Assembly: GCA_902500785.1 (NCBI GenBank)
Contig: CABVRW010000008.1
Span: forward strand, 19,095-83,094
Source of the DNA: an uncultured Nitrospira sp.
GTDB lineage: Bacteria > Nitrospirota > Nitrospiria > Nitrospirales > Nitrospiraceae
Direction: 5' to 3'
Length of the DNA: 64,000 bases
The translations under genes and the position numbers were made by a program. Under the pieces are notes generated by a model. It was not told the origin of the DNA and ran no database searches. It was given only the letters and a program-made list of their open reading frames with translations. How positions within the stretch are numbered: position 1 is the first letter of the stretch; each line of letters opens with the position of its first letter. Below are positions 39,481 to 48,494 of this stretch, piece by piece.

Positions 39481-39540
39481 GCGCGGTTCGCGTAACATTG
39501 TCCGTTAGTCCGGACGCCGATTCGAGCACCGTCCACTTCG

Positions 39541-40083
39541 ATGAACATGAATATCCCCAATAGCCTGACGATGCTGCGGATCCTGTTGATCCCGGTCTAC
39601 GTAGGGTTGCTCAACTATGAGCACTTCGATTATGCGCTGGCGACTCTCTTTGTCGCCGGGCTGACGGATGCGCTTGACGGAACCATCGCCCGGGTGGCCA
39701 ACCAGCGGACGAGACTCGGGGAAGTCCTGGATCCCCTGGCGGACAAGCTGATGCTCACGACCGGGTTTATCACACTTTCCGTGATGCACCTCGTCCCGCT
39801 CTGGCTCACGATTCTGGTCGTCAGCCGCGATCTGATGTTGATGCTGGGTGCGGCCGTCGCCCATTTCACCAACACGCAGGTAGATATTTCTCCGACTGTG
39901 TTGGGGAAGGGAACCACATTGATCCAGTTGGCGACGCTGGTGGCCATCGTCTTTTTTGCCTCTCGACAGCTCGATCTCACCACACTGGACCCACTGCTGT
40001 ATCTCATGGGCGGGGTCACCCTGCTCTCCGGCCTGCACTATCTTTCCCGAGGCTACTGGCACATCACCTCCGGCCCGGCCTAG
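39541..40083 (+). CDS. CDP-alcohol phosphatidyltransferase (PgsA-like)
   Basis: NIPNSLTMLR, TDALDGTIAR..LGEVLDPLADK signature. Confidence 0.92.
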   Translation: MNMNIPNSLTMLRILLIPVYVGLLNYEHFDYALATLFVAGLTDALDGTIARVANQRTRLGEVLDPLADKLMLTTGFITLSVMHLVPLWLTILVVSRDLMLMLGAAVAHFTNTQVDISPTVLGKGTTLIQLATLVAIVFFASRQLDLTTLDPLLYLMGGVTLLSGLHYLSRGYWHITSGPA

Positions 40084-40149
40084 CGCGTCATGCTCGCGCG
40101 GAGTCACTGTCCATCGGCTCGCCGCCCTGTTGTGCTTTCACGCATTCGT

Positions 40150-40178
40150 TTGACAGTTTTTAGGTCGTCTTATAGACT
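40150..40178 (+). promoter_or_regulatory. sigma70 promoter of pilC
   Basis: TTGACA 40150-40155, 17 bp, TAGACT 40173-40178. Confidence 0.6.
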
Positions 40179-40245
40179 TCGATCATAGTTTCCCGCTGCA
40201 TCCGTACGTGTCCTGCCTGGCGTTCAAAGGAGTGAAAACAACGCT

Positions 40246-41463
40246 ATGAGTACATTCGCCTATGTCGGCCGAAACCGCCAGGGTGCTGTGAAAAAGGGCG
40301 AACTCACCGCCAAGACGCGGGATGAGGCGGTGGACCAGCTTCGCAAGCAACAGGTCGTCGTCACCAGCCTGGAAGAGAAGTCGGGCAAAGGCGGAAAGTT
40401 CAAATTTAGTCTTGGGAGCGGGCTCAACGACAAGGATTTGGTGGTATTTACGCGCCAATTCGGGACGATGATCAATGCCGGATTGCCCTTGATCCAATGC
40501 CTCGACATTCTGGCCACTCAGTCTGAAAACAAAGTACTGCGAGAAACGGTCGGCGACGTGAAGAACAGTGTGGAAGCAGGATCCACATTCTCCGATGCGT
40601 TGAAGCGACACCCCAAGGTGTTCGACGACCTCTATGTCAACATGATCCATGCCGGGGAAGTAGGAGGACTGCTCGACACGATTCTGACTCGTTTGGCCAA
40701 GCACATTGAAAAGACGATGAAGCTGAAGAGCCAGATCAAGTCGGCGATGGTGTATCCCTCGGCCATCGTCGGAGTGGCGGTGATCATCATCAGCGTGCTG
40801 ATGGTGTGGGTCATTCCCGTATTCGCGAAGATGTTTCTTGAAATGTCTGGTGGAAGAGTCGGATTGCCGGGTCCGACGCAGATCGTGATCGACGTCAGCA
40901 ACTTTTTCCAGAGTTATTGGTATGCCATGGCTGGTGCCATGGTGGCCTCGGTCTTTGCGATTAAGCGCTACTATGCCACCGTGAACGGGCGTGTGGTCAT
41001 CGATCGGCTGCTTCTGAAAGTTCCGATCGTCGGAGATCTGATCAGAAAAGCTTCCGTCGCGAAGTTCACCCGCACGCTGGGAACATTGATCACCAGCGGT
41101 GTGCCATTGCTCGAGGGGCTGAGCATCTGCGCCAAGACCTCCGGCAACAAGGTCATTGAGGAAGCGCTGATGAATGCTCGCGTGAGCATCAGCGGAGGAA
41201 AAACGATCTCCGAGCCGCTGGCCAAATGTAATGTGTTTCCCAAGATGGTCACCCATATGATCGCCGTCGGGGAGTCGACCGGTGCGCTCGATGCCATGTT
41301 GGGGAAAATCGCGGACTTTTATGAAGACGAAGTCGATCAGGCAGTCGAGACGCTGACCTCGCTGCTCGAACCGATCATGATGGTGGTGTTGGGTACGATC
41401 ATCGGATTTATCGTCATTGCGATGTATCTCCCGATCTTCACGATGGCATCGGCCATCCAATAG
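40246..41463 (+). CDS. pilC: type IV pilus platform protein PilC (GspF family)
   Basis: FTRQFGTMINAGLPL, GEVGGLLD, SAMVYP, AVGESTGALD, LEPIMMV. Confidence 0.95.
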   Translation: MSTFAYVGRNRQGAVKKGELTAKTRDEAVDQLRKQQVVVTSLEEKSGKGGKFKFSLGSGLNDKDLVVFTRQFGTMINAGLPLIQCLDILATQSENKVLRETVGDVKNSVEAGSTFSDALKRHPKVFDDLYVNMIHAGEVGGLLDTILTRLAKHIEKTMKLKSQIKSAMVYPSAIVGVAVIIISVLMVWVIPVFAKMFLEMSGGRVGLPGPTQIVIDVSNFFQSYWYAMAGAMVASVFAIKRYYATVNGRVVIDRLLLKVPIVGDLIRKASVAKFTRTLGTLITSGVPLLEGLSICAKTSGNKVIEEALMNARVSISGGKTISEPLAKCNVFPKMVTHMIAVGESTGALDAMLGKIADFYEDEVDQAVETLTSLLEPIMMVVLGTIIGFIVIAMYLPIFTMASAIQ

Positions 41464-41603
41464 CGACGCCATACACTCGCGTCCGGTTTCCGGCGCGTGG
41501 CCTGATCGTCTCAACGGGCCACGCGCCGCACATCCATCAGGGCGACGCGCCCCCCATGCTGTCCTCAACCTTTCCAACTCGAACCACCGGCGAAGAGACG
41601 TCC

Positions 41604-43364
41604 ATGAACAGCCATGCGCGGTCTTCGCAACCTGGAGACGATCTGCATGCGTCGCCGAGCGCGCGCTCGATGCCGGAACTGAAGACAAGGCTTCAGTGGT
41701 TGATGGGCCTCCGGGTGGTCGTGGTGACGTTGATGCTGGGATTGTCCTTGGCGTTTCAGCCGTCGCGCGGCGAACTGGTCCCGACCTTCTCCGCCTTGAT
41801 CATCTTCACCTACGCCACCACGATCGTCTACGCGCTCTTGCTGCCACGACTGACCGCCCCCGGTGCGCTGACAATCTTCACATATGTGCAGGTGGGCCTG
41901 GACTTTGTCCTGGAGACCGTCCTGGTGGCGAGAACCGGCGGGATCGAAAGTCCATTTGCGGTCCTGTACGTCATTACGGTGACTGTCGCCAGTCTCGTTC
42001 CACATCGACGCGTGGGGTTGGTGACCGGAGCGGGTTGCACGCTTCTTTTCGGCGTGGTCGTAGCGGTGCAGTATGGCGGTCTTCTGCAGAGTTCCGGCTG
42101 GCTGCCTGTCAGTAAGCTGGCGGGTGTGGAAACATTGCAAACGTTCGGAGTCTACGGGCTGGCGTTTCTGGTCGTCGGATTCTTGAGCGAGGTGTTGGCG
42201 GATCAGCTTCGTCATGCCGATCAGTCATTGCGAGAGAAAGAACAGGGCCTCAGCCGGCTTCAGATCTTCCACGAGAGTATCGTGCGAAGCATCAGCAGCG
42301 GCGTGTTTACAACTGATGAAGAGGGGCGCATCACATCCTTCAATCCGGCGGCGTATGAGGTGACTGGATTTGCCTTTTGGGACGTTCAAGGGAGGATGTG
42401 GCGGGATGTCTTCAATTGGCACCCCGGCGACCCGCAGGAGGACGCCGCGTTGACATCGCTGTCTCCCTTGCGGTTCGAGGTGGAATGCTTGCACGCGGAC
42501 GGGAGTCGGCTTGTCCTGGGAATGACGGTGTCTCCGTTGCACGAGCAAGGCACGCAGCGAGGCCTCGTGGGCGTGTTTAAGGATCTCACGCAAATTCGAT
42601 ATCTGGAAGAGGAGATGCGTCGGCGTGAATGGCTGGCCAACCTGGGCGAGATGTCGGCGGGAATGGCGCACGAAATCCGCAATCCACTCGGCGCGCTTGC
42701 GGGGGCGATGCAGATGTTGCGGCAGGATGTCGGATCCGATGAAACCAGTCAACGTTTGATGGATATCGCCATTCGAGAGGCCAGGCGTCTCGACAATATC
42801 ATTACCGAGTTTCTGCAGTACGCTCGCCCGCCTGCGTTGAATTTGGCGGAACACGATTTGAACAAAGTCCTTGCCGATACGCTGGATCTGATCCAACATG
42901 AAGCGCGGTCTCGAACCGGCATCACGATCGTCTCCCGCCTAGCGCCGAACCAGCTCGTGGCACAGGTCGATCAAGATCAGTTGAAGCAAGTCTTCTGGAA
43001 TTTAGCCGCCAATGCCTTTGATGCCATGTCCGGCGGAGGCACCTTGACGATTGCCACAGGATTGCGGCGGGTGGAGGTCGGCGGACGCCGATCCGACGTG
43101 ATCGAAATTGGGTTTCAGGATAACGGGGAAGGCATTCCCAAACAGAACTTCGACAAGATCTTTCTGCCGTTTTTCACCACGAAAAAAGAAGGCTCCGGGT
43201 TAGGGCTCGCCCAGGTCCATCGCATTGTGGAGTTGCACGATGGGTGGATCAAGGTCGAGAGCGAGGTCGGGCAGGGGGCACGGTTTGTCGTGTGTCTCCC
43301 ACAGTCCGCAGAGACGGGTGTCCAATTGCGGCATGAAGGAAGGGAACCGTGGAAAAGATTTTAG
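41604..43364 (+). CDS. pilS: PilS-like sensor histidine kinase (multi-TM, PAS, HisKA, HATPase)
   Basis: About 6 TM helices, AHEIRNPLG, WNLAANA, PFFTTKKEGSGLGLA; between pilC and pilR. Confidence 0.85.
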   Translation: MNSHARSSQPGDDLHASPSARSMPELKTRLQWLMGLRVVVVTLMLGLSLAFQPSRGELVPTFSALIIFTYATTIVYALLLPRLTAPGALTIFTYVQVGLDFVLETVLVARTGGIESPFAVLYVITVTVASLVPHRRVGLVTGAGCTLLFGVVVAVQYGGLLQSSGWLPVSKLAGVETLQTFGVYGLAFLVVGFLSEVLADQLRHADQSLREKEQGLSRLQIFHESIVRSISSGVFTTDEEGRITSFNPAAYEVTGFAFWDVQGRMWRDVFNWHPGDPQEDAALTSLSPLRFEVECLHADGSRLVLGMTVSPLHEQGTQRGLVGVFKDLTQIRYLEEEMRRREWLANLGEMSAGMAHEIRNPLGALAGAMQMLRQDVGSDETSQRLMDIAIREARRLDNIITEFLQYARPPALNLAEHDLNKVLADTLDLIQHEARSRTGITIVSRLAPNQLVAQVDQDQLKQVFWNLAANAFDAMSGGGTLTIATGLRRVEVGGRRSDVIEIGFQDNGEGIPKQNFDKIFLPFFTTKKEGSGLGLAQVHRIVELHDGWIKVESEVGQGARFVVCLPQSAETGVQLRHEGREPWKRF

Positions 43365-44728
43365 TCGTCGATGACGAACAAGGCTTGCGCGAGGTGTTGA
43401 GCATCATGCTCAAGCGGGCGGGGTACGCCGTCACCGTGGCCTCGGACGGCGACGAGGCGATCGCGCAAGTTCAGAAGGAAATTTTTGATCTCGTCATCAC
43501 CGACCTCAGAATGCCCAAAGTGGGTGGTCTCGAGGTATTAAAAGCCGTCAAGGCGTCCTCGCCGGACACCGTCGTTTTGATGATCACGGCCTTCGCGTCC
43601 GCCGACTCAGCGGTTGAAGCGATGAAGCACGGCGCCTACGATTACCTGACCAAGCCCTTCCAGGTCGATGAGGTCCAGCTGATTATACGCAACGCCATCG
43701 AACGACGCCGGCTGTCGACGGAGAATATGCTGCTCAAGCGGGAACTGGCCAGCCAGTCGTCGTTTTCCCAAATTATCGGGCAGAGCGATGCGATGCAGAG
43801 AGTGTATGACGTCATTAAGAAGGTGGCCGATTCCAAGAGTAATGTGCTGATCGGTGGTGAAAGCGGAACCGGCAAAGAACTGGTCGCTCGGGCCATCCAC
43901 TTCAACAGCGCCCGCGCATCGATGCCGTTCGTGACGGTGAACTGCAGCGCGGTGCCGGAAACTTTGCTGGAAAGCGAACTATTCGGCCACATGAAGGGTT
44001 CGTTCACGGGGGCGATCTCCAACAAGGCCGGTCTGTTCGAAGTGGCGAACGGCGGCACGATCTTTCTCGATGAGATCGGCGATACGACGCCCGCCATTCA
44101 AGTGAAACTGCTGCGCGTGATTCAGGAACGTGAGTTCAGGCGAGTGGGCGGGACCCAGGACGTGAAGGTGGATGTCCGCATTGTGGCGGCCACGAATCGG
44201 GATTTAGAAAAGGCTGTCGCGGAAGGCGCCTTTCGGGAAGATCTCTACTACCGGTTGGATGTCATCCCGATCAAGCTCCCGCCGTTGCGTCTGCGGACCG
44301 GTGACATTCCGTTGCTCAGTCAACATTTTCTAGAGAAATTCGCCAAGGAAAGTGGTAAACCAGTGCCGACGATGAGCCAGGAGGCCATGCGCGTGCTGTT
44401 GGCGCATGAGTGGCGAGGCAACGTTCGGGAATTGGAGAACGTCGTCGAACGTGTCGTGGCCTTCACAACGGGATCGTCGGTGACGGATGCGGATATTCGC
44501 GGATGGCTCCATAAGCCGATGAGCAACCAGCAGGCTCTGCCCTCTGAGTTGCCCGAGGACGGCCTTGATCTGGAAGGGCTCATCAACACGATCGAGAAAG
44601 ATCTACTGTTGAAAGCGCTCGAACGGAGTCAGTGGGTCAAGAAGCGAGCCGCGCGGTTGTTGCGGTTGAATACCCGGTCGTTCCGGTACCGTCTCGAAAA
44701 ATACGAAATCAAAGGAGGCCGGGATTAG
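43349..44728 (+). CDS. pilR: PilR-like sigma54-dependent response regulator
   Basis: REC (ITDLRMP), GESGTGKE, ESELFGH.KGSFTGA, FLDEIG, FREDLYYRL, C-terminal HTH. Confidence 0.88.
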   Translation: MEKILVVDDEQGLREVLSIMLKRAGYAVTVASDGDEAIAQVQKEIFDLVITDLRMPKVGGLEVLKAVKASSPDTVVLMITAFASADSAVEAMKHGAYDYLTKPFQVDEVQLIIRNAIERRRLSTENMLLKRELASQSSFSQIIGQSDAMQRVYDVIKKVADSKSNVLIGGESGTGKELVARAIHFNSARASMPFVTVNCSAVPETLLESELFGHMKGSFTGAISNKAGLFEVANGGTIFLDEIGDTTPAIQVKLLRVIQEREFRRVGGTQDVKVDVRIVAATNRDLEKAVAEGAFREDLYYRLDVIPIKLPPLRLRTGDIPLLSQHFLEKFAKESGKPVPTMSQEAMRVLLAHEWRGNVRELENVVERVVAFTTGSSVTDADIRGWLHKPMSNQQALPSELPEDGLDLEGLINTIEKDLLLKALERSQWVKKRAARLLRLNTRSFRYRLEKYEIKGGRD

Positions 44729-44748
44729 CGCCGCCCAGTAATCTGCGA

Positions 44749-45648
44749 GTGAACTCTACCATCCTGCGTGTTCGGACTCCTGCGAAAGTAAATCTCATCC
44801 TCCGCGTACTCGAACGGCGTCCTGACGGCTTTCACACCGTCTGGTCGCTGATGCACACGGTGGGACTCGAAGATGAGTTGACCTTCTCGATTCAGCCGAG
44901 CAACGATTCTCATATCGCCTTGCGCTGTGACCATGCCCTGCTGGGGGCGGATCAGAGCAATCTGGTGTACCGAGCGGCGCAGCTCGTGTTGGCGCGAGTC
45001 GATCGCGCCGTTGATCTGTCGATCACGCTCACCAAGCGCATTCCGCTGGGAGCCGGCTTGGGTGGTGGAAGCAGCGACGCGGCGGCGACCATTCTCGGTC
45101 TGACTCGCCTCCTGGAATTGAACTGGTCGATCGAGGAGATGGCGGAGTTGGGGCAACAACTGGGGAGTGATGTGCCGTTCTTTTTTGTGGGGCCTGCCGC
45201 TTGTGTCACCGGTCGAGGTGAAGAGGCGCGATCCGTGCGGATGACCGGAACTCGCTGGATTGTGCTGGTGAATCCCGGTTTTCCCGTCGAAACGAAATGG
45301 GCCTATCAACAACTCTCGGCAAGCAGATCATCCGTACGCCCGCTCTCCCCGGCACTGGAGCAATTGGGAAGCCGTTCGGTGCTGGATTGGTCGGAGCTCC
45401 TACCGTTAGTCGAGAACGATTTTGAAGCTCCTGTCTTTGCGCAACATCCTGTCCTGGCCGAGATCAAGGCTCAGTTGCTGGGCCAGGGGGCTGAGGCTGC
45501 CTTGTTGTCCGGCAGTGGCGCGACGATGTTCGGGGTCTTTTCTGGGCAGGTCGAGGCGGAACGAGTCGCGGCCTGGTTTGCCCGAGACCCGAAGACGAAG
45601 GTCTATGCCGTGCGGGCGGGAGGCACCTCGGTTACCAGTGTAGTCTGA
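44749..45648 (+). CDS. ispE: 4-diphosphocytidyl-2-C-methyl-D-erythritol kinase
   Basis: PAKVNLIL, KRIPLGAGLGGGSSDAA, LGSDVPFF, LSGSGAT; GTG start inferred. Confidence 0.96.
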   Translation: MNSTILRVRTPAKVNLILRVLERRPDGFHTVWSLMHTVGLEDELTFSIQPSNDSHIALRCDHALLGADQSNLVYRAAQLVLARVDRAVDLSITLTKRIPLGAGLGGGSSDAAATILGLTRLLELNWSIEEMAELGQQLGSDVPFFFVGPAACVTGRGEEARSVRMTGTRWIVLVNPGFPVETKWAYQQLSASRSSVRPLSPALEQLGSRSVLDWSELLPLVENDFEAPVFAQHPVLAEIKAQLLGQGAEAALLSGSGATMFGVFSGQVEAERVAAWFARDPKTKVYAVRAGGTSVTSVV

Positions 45649-45767
45649 GCGATGAGGCGGAAAGGCGCATCCGTAAGGGCGGCCAATGGATCAAGGGACT
45701 AGTGACTGGATCGTGGGTCTGACGCGCCGCAGATCCGACAGCGGGGTCCTTGCATGCCGCGAATTGG

Positions 45768-45797
45768 TTGACAACTTCCCAGTGTTTTCGCTATTGT
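45768..45797 (+). promoter_or_regulatory. sigma70 promoter of prs-rplY-pth
   Basis: TTGACA 45768-45773, 18 bp, TATTGT 45792-45797. Confidence 0.55.
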
Positions 45798-45945
45798 GCT
45801 GAGCTTCGGTAGGCGTCCTCTTGTCCTGACAGTGCGCGAGGTCAGCGGGACTTACAGCGGGTCCCGTCCGTGCCCACCGTTTTTACGAATTCGACAAGCA
45901 CCGTTACAGCATTGGCATCGCCTCGTAGGGTAGCGAAGGGGTGGA

Positions 45946-46887
45946 ATGAATAGGGAACTCAAGCTCTTTTCGGGCAGCGCCAATCCTGCGTTTGCGCGCG
46001 CGATCTGCTCATATCTCGACTTACCCCTCGGTGCGGCCACGGTGTCCTCGTTCAGCGACGGGGAAATTCGGATCCGCGTGGAGGAGAACGTACGCGGAGC
46101 AGACGTCTTTGTCGCCCAATCCTGCTGTTCCCCGGTGAACGATTCGATCATGGAAATGCTCATCATGATCGATGCCTTGAAGCGCTCGTCGGCCAACCGC
46201 ATTACGGCGGTGATTCCCTATTTCGGCTATGCCCGACAAGACCGCAAGGATCAACCGCGTGTGCCGATCTCAGCGAAGCTGGTGGCCGATATCATTACGA
46301 CTGCCGGTGCGGACCGGGTACTCACGATGGACCTCCATGCGAGCCAGATCCAGGGATTTTTCAATATTCCGGTCGACAATCTCTATGCGTTACCGGTGTT
46401 GATGGACGACATTACGAAGCGGAAGATTGAGGATCTGATCGTCGTATCGCCTGATGCCGGCGGGGTAGAGCGCGCCCGGGCGTTCGCCAAACGGTTGCAA
46501 ACCAACCTCGCCATCATCGACAAGCGTCGAGAAGGGCCCAATCAGGCGCAGGTGATGAATATCATTGGCGATGTGCAGGGGAAGAGCGCGTTGTTGCTCG
46601 ACGATATGATCGATACTGCGGGAACGATCGTGCAGGGCGCCCAAGCCTGCTTGGATAAAGGGGCGCGTGAGGTGTGGGCCGGATGTAGCCACGGAGTCTT
46701 GTCGGGACCTGCATTGGAGCGGATTCAACAGTCCGGTCTGGCGGAAGTGCTGGTGACCGATTCGATTCCTCTGCGTGGCAAGGAACAGCAATGTCCGAAA
46801 CTCAAGGTGTTGTCGGTGGCGCCTCTGTTCGGGGAAGCCATTCGGCGTATCCATGAAGATGAATCAGTCAGTTCGTTATTCGTGTAG
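45946..46887 (+). CDS. prs: ribose-phosphate pyrophosphokinase
   Basis: FSDGEI, PYFGYARQDRK, DLHASQIQGFF, VSPDAGG, DDMIDTAGT. Confidence 0.98.
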   Translation: MNRELKLFSGSANPAFARAICSYLDLPLGAATVSSFSDGEIRIRVEENVRGADVFVAQSCCSPVNDSIMEMLIMIDALKRSSANRITAVIPYFGYARQDRKDQPRVPISAKLVADIITTAGADRVLTMDLHASQIQGFFNIPVDNLYALPVLMDDITKRKIEDLIVVSPDAGGVERARAFAKRLQTNLAIIDKRREGPNQAQVMNIIGDVQGKSALLLDDMIDTAGTIVQGAQACLDKGAREVWAGCSHGVLSGPALERIQQSGLAEVLVTDSIPLRGKEQQCPKLKVLSVAPLFGEAIRRIHEDESVSSLFV

Positions 46888-46924
46888 GCCGTCCGCGTCG
46901 AGCGACAGGTCGAGGAGGAGTATC

Positions 46925-47692
46925 ATGAAATTTGAATTAACCGTTGAAAGCAGAGAGGGCGGAGGCAAGGGACCCGCGCGTCAACTTCGCCGGGCAGGCC
47001 GGGTTCCGGCCGTGTTGTATGGGCAGGGGGAATGTCTCCTCCTTTCGGTCAAGCCCGAGGAGCTGGTGAAAGTTCTGCGGTCTCAGGCGGGATCCACCGC
47101 CCTCATTTCGCTCACGATCAACGGCGCGAAAACCAAGGCCAAGCGCACGGCGTTGTTGCGTGATTTCCAGGTTGATCCGATCGCGGGGAGCGTCCTGCAC
47201 GCCGACTTTTTTGAAGTGGCGATGGACAAGCCGATTCGCGTCAAGGTTCCCGTGCACTTGACCGGCGGTCAGCCGCTTGGACTGAAAGAAGGCGGTGTGC
47301 TTCATCACGTGTTGCGTCAACTGCATGTCGAGTGTCTACCGTCGCTCCTGCCGGACTTCATCGAGGTCGATGCGTCGCAGCTCCAAATCAACGAGGGCAT
47401 CCATCTGAAGGATATTCCGAAGACGGAGGGGTTGCGATTTCTGGACGATCCTGAACACATGGTCGTGAGCGTCGCCGCACCGATGACCGATGCCAAGCTC
47501 GAATCATTGCTCACTACCGGGGCTCCCGGTGCCGAAGGCGGCAAGGAACCGGAAGTGGCCGTGAAGGGCAAAGGCGCGGTTGAAGGGGCCGCCGGCGCGG
47601 AAGCCGGCAAGGCGGGTGACGCCAAGGCCGGGGCTGCTGCGCCTAAGGCCGGAGCAGCGCCCGCGAAGAAGGAACCGGAAAAGAAGAAGTAG
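46925..47692 (+). CDS. rplY: 50S ribosomal protein L25/Ctc (long form)
   Basis: GKGPARQLRRAGRVPAVLYG, HADFF, GLKEGGVL, Ala/Lys/Glu-rich tail; GAGGAG SD. Confidence 0.96.
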   Translation: MKFELTVESREGGGKGPARQLRRAGRVPAVLYGQGECLLLSVKPEELVKVLRSQAGSTALISLTINGAKTKAKRTALLRDFQVDPIAGSVLHADFFEVAMDKPIRVKVPVHLTGGQPLGLKEGGVLHHVLRQLHVECLPSLLPDFIEVDASQLQINEGIHLKDIPKTEGLRFLDDPEHMVVSVAAPMTDAKLESLLTTGAPGAEGGKEPEVAVKGKGAVEGAAGAEAGKAGDAKAGAAAPKAGAAPAKKEPEKKK

Positions 47693-47697
47693 TCGCA

Positions 47698-48288
47698 TTG
47701 CACCTGCTCGTTGGATTGGGCAATCCTGGGGCTGAGTATGCCGACACACGGCATAATGTCGGCTGTTGGGTGATCGAGCGGGCTGCGGCGCGGTGGTCGA
47801 TACGTCTCACCAGGAAAGGCGCGGCCCAGCGAGGCTCGGGTCGCGCCGGTTCCAAACTTGTCGAGCTTGCCTGTACGCTTGACTGGATGAATCTCAGTGG
47901 TCCACCCCTCAAAGGGCTCCTTCGCGAACTCTCCCTGACCCCCGATGCGCTCGTTGTGGTACATGACGATTTAGATCTCGATCCGGGACGTTTACGGATC
48001 AGGCAAGATGGCGGAAGCGGCGGGCACAACGGCATCAAATCTATCCTTGAAGCATTGGGAACGCCGCGGTTCGTACGTCTCAAAATCGGCATCGGTCGTC
48101 CGGCGCCGAGGCAGGATACGGCCGACTACGTGTTGGAGCCTGTCTCCCCCGAGGAGATGGCGGTCTATGACCCGTGCCTCGACCGAGCAGTGGATGCGCT
48201 GGAACTCCTGCTGAACCGCGATCTCGCCACTGCGATGAATCAATTTAACGTGCGAGAGAAACCCGAGAGCGAGGAGCGACCGAGTTAG
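47698..48288 (+). CDS. pth: peptidyl-tRNA hydrolase
   Basis: VGLGNPG..Y..TRHNVG, VVHDDLD, GGHNGIKS, RLKIGIGRP; TTG start. Confidence 0.97.
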   Translation: MHLLVGLGNPGAEYADTRHNVGCWVIERAAARWSIRLTRKGAAQRGSGRAGSKLVELACTLDWMNLSGPPLKGLLRELSLTPDALVVVHDDLDLDPGRLRIRQDGGSGGHNGIKSILEALGTPRFVRLKIGIGRPAPRQDTADYVLEPVSPEEMAVYDPCLDRAVDALELLLNRDLATAMNQFNVREKPESEERPS

Positions 48289-48494
48289 CCTCACGACGAG
48301 CGTCTTGTGCGCAGAGTATCTGTGATAACTCCGAGTCGCCCGTATGAGCAAATCGGGAAACGTGATCGGCCTGGAGATCCGTGGAACACCACCTTTCGCA
48401 GGGCGTCCTGAGCGGCAAACAGCAGCGGGATTTCCAAGCACTCTGTCCGCAATACTCGGCGCGACTATGGTAGAGTGACCTATGCGCGTCTCCC

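Noticed and set aside
40183-41688. 501-aa antisense ORF opposite pilC
   Set aside because: Shadow ORF; the sense frame is a clear GspF-family gene
45700-45755. GTGACTGG resembling the 5' part of a ZTP (pfl) riboswitch
   Set aside because: The 3' CCGCC/CUGGGC hairpin is absent and the segment lies upstream of the predicted prs promoter; kept only as part of the structured spacer
45798-45945. Possible tRNA-Gln between ispE and prs
   Set aside because: No cloverleaf, no T-loop, no anticodon arm found
47505-47692. Ala/Gly/Lys low-complexity repeats at the rplY 3' end
   Set aside because: Normal tail of long-form L25/Ctc proteins
48345-48479. 44-codon ORF upstream of the IDO gene as a possible Trp leader peptide
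   Set aside because: Contains no Trp codons and no attenuator; no riboswitch motif recognised
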